A DNA stretch of 64,000 nucleotides from the NCBI GenBank assembly GCA_965198675.1, contig OZ240666.1, positions 146,806-210,805 on the forward strand, read 5' to 3'. Positions 57,513 to 64,000 of this stretch are shown in pieces (positions within the stretch are counted from its first letter, which is position 1; every line of letters begins with the position of its first letter). The DNA is from Prochloron sp. (lineage in GTDB: Bacteria > Cyanobacteriota > Cyanobacteriia > Cyanobacteriales > Prochloraceae). The notes beneath the pieces are model-generated. The model saw only the letters and a list, made by a program, of their open reading frames with translations, was not told the DNA's origin and did no database searches. The position numbers and the translations under genes were made by a program.

Positions 57513-59462
57513 TCAAGCCTCACCCCGACAGTTGCCTGTCGGCCCTACTTGCTTGGATTTCTTGGAGTGTACCTGTTTATGACACGGGACGCTAACGCAG
57601 TTGCTTACGCAATTGTGTATGTGCATAAGGTTGTCAGTGTCGTCTGACCCCCCTTTCGCTACAGGCCGACACCGCGTTGGCCATTGCGAAGCTTTGCGAA
57701 GCAACCGCCTTTGGCGTCCCGCCTTTGGCGTCCCGCCTTTGGCGTCCCGCCCAAGGCGGGAGCGGTGTCGGTGTGGTGGGTTTCGATTTCTGAACCGCAG
57801 ATAATTGCTACGCAATTGTCTTTTCTGCCAGTATTCCTTCAATTCTGGATCGTCTGGGGAGTTAGTCCCCGTTACTTTGACATGTCTTATAAGAGGTTCC
57901 GATGTTATTTCGTATAGGTCGTGAGTTATCCCTCGGCCTTTACGGTCAGTTCCCTCATAGAAGAATTGCCATTCCTTTTTGCGACCTCCCTTTCGGGTGA
58001 TGATTCGGAAATATTTGTTCTTGACCCACTTTTTACTTTTGTTAGGGTGCCGTCTCTTTGCCCAACGCCAAAGGTACCACCATAGTCGGTAGCTAATGTG
58101 ACTAAAGGTTTCTTTGCTGCATACCCCTTTGTAGTAATTAGCAAAACCTCTGAGAAGCGGTTCTAGTTTTCGGGTAACTTGCTCTGGGGTTCTTGTCTTC
58201 ATGCTGTCGATGGTTTCACCGAGCTTCTTGCAGAATTCCACTACCTTTGACTTTTGAGGCTTGATGAGAAGTTTGTCCCTGGGGATTCCGTCTTCACCTT
58301 TAACCTTATACTGCCTCAGGTTAAACCCTAGGAAATCGAACCCGTCACTGATGTGGACTATCCTTGTCTTCTCCTCACTGAGATTGAGACCTATTTCTGA
58401 CAACCATTGATTTATCTGGATTTTCAATGCCTCCAAGGATTCCTTATCCTTTGCAGTGACGACAAAGTCGTCTGCATACCTGATGACGCCTACCTTTGGG
58501 TTGCATTTCTTGATGAATTTCTCTAATCCGTGGAGTCCGACATTGGCCAACAGCGGACTAATTACGCCACCCTGGGTCGTACCTGTTTTGGTCGGGTTGT
58601 ACCCACCCCTACCCCCTCCCAGGAGGGGGACTTTGGGGGTGGGTTCGACGAATCCAGCTTTTAACCATCCTCTGATTGAAGGGATGTACCCCATTCTGGT
58701 CAGGATAGATTCATGATCAATATTGTCAAAGAAGCCTTCAATATCAGCGTCCAGAACCCACTTATCGTATTTGCGCATCTGCCCGGTTTTGGTTTTGTGG
58801 TCGCCTCTTAGCCTTATGAAGCATTGTGCTATGGCGTCGTGGCAACTCCGTCCCGGTCTGAAACCATAGGAGTTGGCCTCAAATTCAGCTTCCCATTGGG
58901 GTTCCAGTGCATTTTTAACTATTGCCTGAGCGACTCTATCCCTCACGGGACGCCAAGGGCGGGACGCCAAGGGCGGGACGCCAAGGGCGGTTGCTTCGCA
59001 AAGCTTCGCAAAGCTTCGCAAAGGGATTCCGAGGGGCCGACAGGCAACTGTCGGCTTGCCGTTTGCCTTTGGAATATATATCCGTCTGGCGGGTGCTGCT
59101 GTTGGCATTTTCCATAGAGAGGCAAGTTTCACACGCTGTTCTGGGGTATTTATGACCTCCTTATCTATCCCCGATGTTTGCTTTCCGGTATAACCCCCCC
59201 CCTTAATCCCGGGGGGGAGATGACAAGGGGGGTAAGGGGGGATTTTCCGCTGTGTGATTTGTCTGATGCTCAGGAGTAGATTCGAGCGGCACCTTTTCAT
59301 TAGTTTCTGCAATCGCAGTACTTGCTTATGCAGTCCAAGCTTTTGAGCACGAAAGATTCGATTTCTTAGATTCCTGACGATTTTCCTGGTTTGACGCCAT
59401 TTGACATCGCCCCATTCAGATAATTGTCCCTCCGGTCCATTTTCCAGAATCGCTTCTGTCAT
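57513..59462 (-). CDS. Group II intron reverse transcriptase/maturase with HNH-like tail
   Basis: RT motifs are present (RRIYIPKANGK, GFRPGRSCHDA, VLDADIEGFFDNIDH, TTQGGVISPLLANV, IRYADDFVVTA). There is a maturase X region and a C-terminal GGSDDTDNLMHIH..CHKQVH. The ORF is open over 649 aa despite four repeat insertions. Confidence 0.8.
   Translation of the reverse strand: MTEAILENGPEGQLSEWGDVKWRQTRKIVRNLRNRIFRAQKLGLHKQVLRLQKLMKRCRSNLLLSIRQITQRKIPPYPPCHLPPGIKGGGYTGKQTSGIDKEVINTPEQRVKLASLWKMPTAAPARRIYIPKANGKPTVACRPLGIPLRSFAKLCEATALGVPPLASRPWRPVRDRVAQAIVKNALEPQWEAEFEANSYGFRPGRSCHDAIAQCFIRLRGDHKTKTGQMRKYDKWVLDADIEGFFDNIDHESILTRMGYIPSIRGWLKAGFVEPTPKVPLLGGGRGGYNPTKTGTTQGGVISPLLANVGLHGLEKFIKKCNPKVGVIRYADDFVVTAKDKESLEALKIQINQWLSEIGLNLSEEKTRIVHISDGFDFLGFNLRQYKVKGEDGIPRDKLLIKPQKSKVVEFCKKLGETIDSMKTRTPEQVTRKLEPLLRGFANYYKGVCSKETFSHISYRLWWYLWRWAKRRHPNKSKKWVKNKYFRIITRKGGRKKEWQFFYEGTDRKGRGITHDLYEITSEPLIRHVKVTGTNSPDDPELKEYWQKRQLRSNYLRFRNRNPPHRHRSRLGRDAKGGTPKAGRQRRLLRKASQWPTRCRPVAKGGSDDTDNLMHIHNCVSNCVSVPCHKQVHSKKSKQVGPTGNCRGEA
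57666..57771. repeat. Composite mini-element: CCGACACCGC...GCGGTGTCGG inverted ends enclosing GCGAAGCTTTGC-type and 14-nt GCCTTTGGCGTCCC tandem sub-repeats
   Basis: 106 bp with three 14-nt units. It lies inside the RT ORF. Confidence 0.8.
58602..58643. repeat. C/G-run palindromic mini-element, 42-nt in-frame copy inside the RT ORF
   Basis: CCCACCCCTACCCCCTCCCAGGAGGGGGACTTTGGGGGTGGG. It is homologous to 23369-23414. Confidence 0.7.
58947..59024. repeat. (GGGACGCCAAGGGC)x3 plus (TTCGCAAAGC)x3 array, inverted orientation, inside the RT ORF
   Basis: Read directly. It is followed by the palindrome GCCGACAGGCAACTGTCGGC (59035-59054), also present at about 57524-57543. Confidence 0.8.
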
Positions 59463-59965
59463 CTAACTTTTCCTTTGGTTGGGTTTCTATTTCGTCGTCT
59501 CGTTCGTATGAGACCCAAGTGAAGTCTGCTATTCCTTTCGGTCAAGGGCAAATTTTGAACCCTTATCCCCTTCATTACAAAGAGGCGTTCGCTTTCTCAC
59601 TCATCCTTTACCCTCCAGAGGGTTCTGCCGCCGTTACCTTTGGCTTACTGAGAGTATCGACCTGACTCTCAGACTCTGTAGGGCTTATCCTGTTGTATCG
59701 CTTAGTTTTCTTTTAGCTGGTTAGGATGGTTCCTTTCCCCCGGGAGAGCTTCATTTCCACATCTAGTTGAAAAGACAGCATCTAGATTCGTCTCCTTGCC
59801 TTTTTGGCTACGGCGTATCAGAGATAATTTCGCCGTTCGTTCCTTACGAGGTTTAAACGGAAGGTTCGGTTTTGTTCGGTATTTACTACCTGGATTCCTC
59901 CGATTTCCTTTGAGTTTCGAGAAGCTTCTCCCTTTTCTCTCGGTATTCGGGCGGGTTATCCAACC

Positions 59966-60091
59966 CCGACACCGCGTTGGCCATTGCGAAGCTTTGCGTA
60001 AGCTTTGCGTAAGCTTTGCGCAAGCTTTGCGTAAGCAACCGCCCTTGGCATCCCGCCCTTGGCGTCCCGCCCTTGGCGTCCGCGGTGTCGG
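59966..60091. repeat. Composite mini-element, long copy (4 x 12-nt AAGCTTTGCGTA units, 3 x 14-nt units) in the intron ribozyme region
   Basis: It has the same inverted ends as 57666-57771 but different sub-repeat copy numbers. Confidence 0.8.
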
Positions 60092-60519
60092 CCCTTTTAC
60101 TTCGCTTTCGCTCATCCTTCCAACTATTTCCCTCTTGCTCCTGGCACTTAATCTCTAGTGTTTCGGTTACTTTCGGGGCCTGCATTCCAGCTGTTTCGTT
60201 ACCTACTTGGCTGTGACCGGACTCATGGAGTCTTTTCCGTGAGGGTTAGGGGTGGAAATCCCTAAGAGGCTCGGTGCCTCATACTAAGCGACCAGTTCAG
60301 GCCGCACGTCAATGGTAAACATCAAGACATTATTGCAATAGTACAATCTCTATTATAGCCCGTGTTTGTTGGTGGTGGGTGGTTCCCATGACTCATGACC
60401 CACTACCCATTACCCAATTTTTGAACCACAGATGATTGCGAAGCAAAGCGCAAGCAAAGCTTCGCAATCATCTGCGTGTATCTGCGGTTACAATTTTTAT
60501 ATTTTCTTAAGATTTGGGG

Positions 60520-60549
60520 TTGCCAAAGTCTAAAGGTTTCCTTTAATAT
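60520..60549 (+). promoter_or_regulatory. Candidate sigma-70-type promoter upstream of psbD (TTGCCA-N18-TAATAT)
   Basis: The -35-like TTGCCA is at 60520-60525 and the -10-like TAATAT at 60544-60549, about 125 nt upstream of the ATG. This is a sequence resemblance only. Confidence 0.25.
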
Positions 60550-60675
60550 AAAATAAGTTAAGAAACGTAACGATTTTTCACATTTCCTCTACTCTTCTGC
60601 TTAATCCCAGGAGATCCGCGATGAGCGAGAGAAATTTCAATCCTTGTCCTCATATCATATTCAGAGATTTGCGTC

Positions 60676-61734
60676 ATGACAGCTGTAATATCTCGCGCCC
60701 CAGCTCAGAGAGGATGGTTTGACGTCCTCGACGACTGGCTCAAGCGCGATCGCTTTGTATTTGTTGGTTGGTCCGGTATTCTGCTCTTCCCCTGCGCTTA
60801 TTTAGCGCTCGGGGGTTGGCTCACGGGCACAACTTTCGTCACTTCTTGGTACACCCACGGTCTCGCCTCCTCCTACCTAGAAGGGGCGAACTTCTTAACC
60901 GTAGCGGTTTCCAGCCCTGCGGACGTCATGGGACATTCCCTTCTCTTCCTCTGGGGACCAGAAGCCCAGTGGGACTTCACCCGCTGGTGCCAAATTGGCG
61001 GTCTCTGGAGCTTCGTTGCTCTCCACGGTGCCTTCGGTTTAATCGGTTTCATGCTGCGACAGTTTGAAATCGCCCGTCTGGTAGGAATTCGCCCCTATAA
61101 CGCCATCGCCTTCAGCGGTCCTATTGCGGTATTTGTGAGCGTTTTCCTCATGTATCCTTTGGGACAGTCCAGCTGGTTTTTTGCTCCCAGTTTCGGTGTA
61201 GCAGGGATTTTCCGCTTTATCCTCTTCTTACAAGGATTCCACAACTGGACCCTGAACCCCTTCCACATGATGGGAGTAGCAGGTATTCTGGGAGGTGCCC
61301 TGTTGTGCGCAATCCACGGAGCGACGGTAGAAAATACCTTGTTCCAAGACGGAGAAGACGCTAATACCTTCCGCGCTTTCACCCCCACCCAAGCTGAAGA
61401 AACCTATTCCATGGTGACAGCGAACCGTTTTTGGTCCCAAATCTTCGGCATTGCCTTCTCCAACAAGCGTTGGCTCCACTTCTTCATGCTGTTCGTCCCT
61501 GTGACTGGCTTATGGATGAGTTCTGTAGGTATTGTGGGTTTAGCTTTGAACCTGCGGGCTTACGACTTTGTCTCCCAAGAACTGCGGGCTGCTGAAGACC
61601 CCGAGTTTGAGACCTTCTACACTAAAAACATTCTGTTGAACGAAGGTTTGCGGGCTTGGATGTCTAGCCAAGATCAGCCTCACGAGAACTTTGTCTTCCC
61701 TGAAGAAGTTCTACCTCGTGGTAATGCTCTCTAA
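60676..61734 (+). CDS. psbD: Photosystem II D2 protein
   Basis: 352 aa, near-identical to canonical D2 ([30 protein letters not shown]...[12 protein letters not shown]). No overlapping psbC follows, so this is a monocistronic psbD copy. Confidence 0.97.
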   Translation: MTAVISRAPAQRGWFDVLDDWLKRDRFVFVGWSGILLFPCAYLALGGWLTGTTFVTSWYTHGLASSYLEGANFLTVAVSSPADVMGHSLLFLWGPEAQWDFTRWCQIGGLWSFVALHGAFGLIGFMLRQFEIARLVGIRPYNAIAFSGPIAVFVSVFLMYPLGQSSWFFAPSFGVAGIFRFILFLQGFHNWTLNPFHMMGVAGILGGALLCAIHGATVENTLFQDGEDANTFRAFTPTQAEETYSMVTANRFWSQIFGIAFSNKRWLHFFMLFVPVTGLWMSSVGIVGLALNLRAYDFVSQELRAAEDPEFETFYTKNILLNEGLRAWMSSQDQPHENFVFPEEVLPRGNAL

Positions 61735-61798
61735 AAGTTTGCGGGTGTTGGATGAGTAATAATCATCCTCCCTATTACAGTTTTTTATACTCTGCTTT

Positions 61799-61826
61799 AG
61801 CCCCTACTTCAGGGGCTTATTTTTGC
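61799..61826 (+). terminator. Rho-independent terminator after psbD
   Basis: Stem AGCCCCT / AGGGGCT with loop ACTTC, followed by TATTTTTGC. Confidence 0.6.
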
Positions 61827-61972
61827 TTGATTATGTATTAATCTAGTTGAATAACAAGGTAAATGCGCTATATCATTTTATATCAATCAACATGTCTCCA
61901 CTGATCTACGAAATATTGGGACTTGATAATTTTACTGAAGCTGGGGCAAAACAAACACCGTAGGATCTCCAG

Positions 61973-62332
61973 ATGATTGAACTGATTCGTCAGGGACTTT
62001 CCCCATCTACTGCTTCCAGAGTAGCAGAGTATTCTGGACTATCCAAGGAGCAACTTTTGGGGTTGCTGGGAAGTCAAGAGAATACTCTATCTAAGGGTTC
62101 CGAAGAAAACAAACTGCTTGATTCCATCTCCTCAGATCGACTTTACCGCGTTGCTCGAACTGTTGCTCTTGCTATGGAAGCATTCGAGGATGGGAATAAA
62201 GCAAGACGGTGGCTTCATAAACCTAATCGCGCTTTAGGAGGAGGAGCACCCTTAGAACAGTTGGACACTGATGCGGGGATAGAACAAGTCCTGACATTAT
62301 TTAATCGCATCGAGTACGGAGTTTACAGTTGA
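61973..62332 (+). CDS. DUF2384 (Xre/MbcA/ParS-type) antitoxin
   Basis: SDRLYRVARTVALAMEAFEDGNKARRWLHKPNRALGGGAPLEQLDTDAGIEQVLTLFNRIEYGVYS is the characteristic DUF2384 C-terminal toxin-binding domain. Confidence 0.7.
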   Translation: MIELIRQGLSPSTASRVAEYSGLSKEQLLGLLGSQENTLSKGSEENKLLDSISSDRLYRVARTVALAMEAFEDGNKARRWLHKPNRALGGGAPLEQLDTDAGIEQVLTLFNRIEYGVYS

Positions 62333-62506
62333 TCATCTCCCTATGGCGAATATCCAAACTCCGAAATTATACATCAGAAAAGCAACTATTTGTTAAATTC
62401 ATTGCATCCTGACTTTTCTAAGATAATCATCCATCCTCCAGAACCTTTCACCCTGGAGCCTCGAATGTGGATAATAATATCACATCCGGTAACTAGACTA
62501 AAATAT

Positions 62507-62899
62507 ATGAGGAAAAGACTCTTACTCACCTTGTTATCTCTGCTGATAGTAACGCCTCTCGGCTTTTATCTCAAATTCTATCCAGGTTTAGGTCGGGAGT
62601 GGGTTAATAATTATTCAGCTGGGATATTATACGAGATTTTCTGGTGTTTGTTTTTCTTTTTGGTTATACCCAGGAAAAAAGCAGTTATTACTATTCCCCT
62701 GTGGGTTTTCGGTATCACCTGCTTATTGGAAATCCTGCAACTGGTGAAAACGCCAATTTTGAACCTAATGCGGTCTAATTTTATAGGTAAATTGCTCTTG
62801 GGAACTACTTTTTCTTGGTGGGATTTTCCCCATTATTTAGTCGGTTGTCTCATTGGTTGGTTATGGCTGAGACAAATTTGGCTCATGTCCAGAGAGTGA
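62507..62899 (+). CDS. DUF2809-like membrane protein
   Basis: MRKRLLLTLLSLLIVTPLGFYLKFY...YSAGILYEIFW...CLLEILQL...LLGTTFSWWDFPHYLVGCLIGW. Four helices and the F.W.D motif as I recall for DUF2809. Confidence 0.5.
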   Translation: MRKRLLLTLLSLLIVTPLGFYLKFYPGLGREWVNNYSAGILYEIFWCLFFFLVIPRKKAVITIPLWVFGITCLLEILQLVKTPILNLMRSNFIGKLLLGTTFSWWDFPHYLVGCLIGWLWLRQIWLMSRE

Positions 62900-63300
62900 T
62901 TTTAAGAGTTTCACGCAGCGGTGCGGTGCGTTCTTCTGGAATCTGATTCGGGCTTATTGCGCACCAAGCGGGTTTGGCCAACACCGAAGGTGCCGCCAAA
63001 GGCATCCCTTAGCAGGGGCACAGAGGGCGCAGAGAGGGTGCTATAGGCGAAGCAGGTGCGGACATTTGAGCTTTGGTGACGAGGTCTCGTCTTCTAGGGA
63101 GCATCAATTAAGCTATTGTAACCCCATAGGTTTATGCTCTGACCAAGGAAAAATACTAATTTTCTCATTCGCCCACTTGTTGACATAAAGAAAGCGCCTG
63201 TAGTGGGCAAGTGCTTCAGTTCATTTCAGTTTTGTCAGTCAACCAGCCAACAGACCACAGATCTGGTAACTGGTCACTGGTAACTGCTAACTGAATTAAA

Positions 63301-63373
<73 letters not shown>

Positions 63374-63665
63374 AAGCTTTTTCTCAAGCTCTTATTACTG
63401 TAACACCATAGTTTTGGATTTGTCAAGGGGAAAATCAAAATTAATTGAAAAAATTTTTGTCTTTGACAAATAGTTGCTATAGTGGTATAATAACCAACGA
63501 AGTGTATACCATAGGATTGATGAAAGCTGGCAAAAATTGGAAGGAGGCGGTAGGAAAAATATAGCGATCGCCTAAGATAGCGATCCCAGAGACGAACGGA
63601 AAAGAGAGGCTTATCGTTATCGGTGATAAGCGAGCTGCAGGCACAACAAAGGCTCGGAGGTAATT

Positions 63666-64000
63666 TTAATTGATTTCGTCCGGGTGTACTCCCATTTCTA
63701 GTAAACGCTGGGCTAACTTTTCAGCGCGTTGGCGTTCAGTTTCGGCCTGTTGGCGTTCGGTTTCAGCCCGTTGGCGTTCGGTTTCAGCCCGTTGGTGTTC
63801 GGTTTCAGCCCGTTGGCGTTCGGTTTCGGCCTGTTGTTCCAGGGTTTTGATTTTGGGACGCCAAGGGCGGGACGCCAAGGGCGGGACGCCAAGGGCGGGA
63901 CGCCAAGGGCGGTTGCTTACGCAAAGCTTGCGCTTTGCTTCGCAATTGTTCTTCTTTAATTAATTCCTCCACCAACGGCGGATCCAGTAGTTCTTTGACC
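63666..64000 (-). CDS. Partial gene (5' end outside window) ending in an (AETERQR)x5 heptad array; interrupted by a 14-nt-repeat mini-element
   Basis: The C-terminus is ...KIKTLEQQAETERQRAETEHQRAETERQRAETERQQAETERQRAEKLAQRLLEMGVHPDEIN*. Upstream sequence (VKELLDPPLVEELIKEEQ...) is separated from it by (GGGACGCCAAGGGC)x4 at 63855-63910. Confidence 0.4.

Larger units (their letters stand above)
57440..60307 (-). mobile_element. Group II intron (about 2.87 kb) with multiple mini-repeat insertions
   Basis: The minus-strand 5' end is GTGCGGCCTGAACTGG (from 60307). Domain V GAGCCGGATGATAGGAAACTGTCACGTCCGGTTC is at 57514-57481. A domain VI-like stem ends at about 57440. The RT/maturase ORF lies in domain IV. 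Confidence 0.8.

Noticed and set aside
59702-60216. ORFs 59702..60115, 59796..60158, 59886..60185 and 60016..60216, plus similar ones at 57601..57917, 58824..59155 and 63670..63963.
   Set aside because: They are translations of the 12-nt and 14-nt tandem sub-repeats (PRAGRQGRDAKGG, LASRPWRPALGV and similar). They lie inside the group II intron ribozyme or antisense to real genes, so they are artefacts of stop-poor repeats.

Overview
This 64-kb window is a chromosomal segment of a filamentous, Nostocales-type cyanobacterium. Supporting evidence: frequent HIP1 GCGATCGC sites, heptameric STRR-like CTGGTAA runs, GGTGGGCAATGCCCACC-type palindromes, psbD and psbY, and an hpsA-hpsB-hpsC hormogonium-polysaccharide pseudopilin cluster. 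Intact housekeeping genes are carB, rpmB, thrC, psbD, mltA, a LysM/M23 peptidase, SpoIID, an S9 peptidase and three tRNAs. They are interleaved with a heavily decayed accessory complement. At least 15 genes carry frameshifts, in-frame stops, internal deletions or insertions, and several families of tiny repeats sit between and inside genes. Four loci stand out. (1) A same-strand cluster at 33979-42529 encodes a Ycf46-like AAA+ ATPase, two WD40 paralogs, a GrpE-like protein, a non-canonical Hsp70-like protein, DUF1257 (Ycf35 family) and DUF2997. This looks like a dedicated, undescribed remodelling module. (2) A rearranged Hen1/Pnkp RNA-repair locus at 16746-28455. hen1 is intact and pnkp is broken three times. 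Two tandemly amplified families of unknown genes lie between them, the last one abutting the pnkp start codon, and a second hen1 relic sits downstream. (3) A group II intron whose reverse-transcriptase ORF stays open despite four mini-repeat insertions. (4) Relics of RNA-guided OMEGA nucleases: an IscB with an internal deletion and a TnpB element nested inside pnkp. There are also several degraded toxin-antitoxin pairs and a possible TIR-like two-gene module. All functional calls rest on motif recognition by eye. No database search was run.
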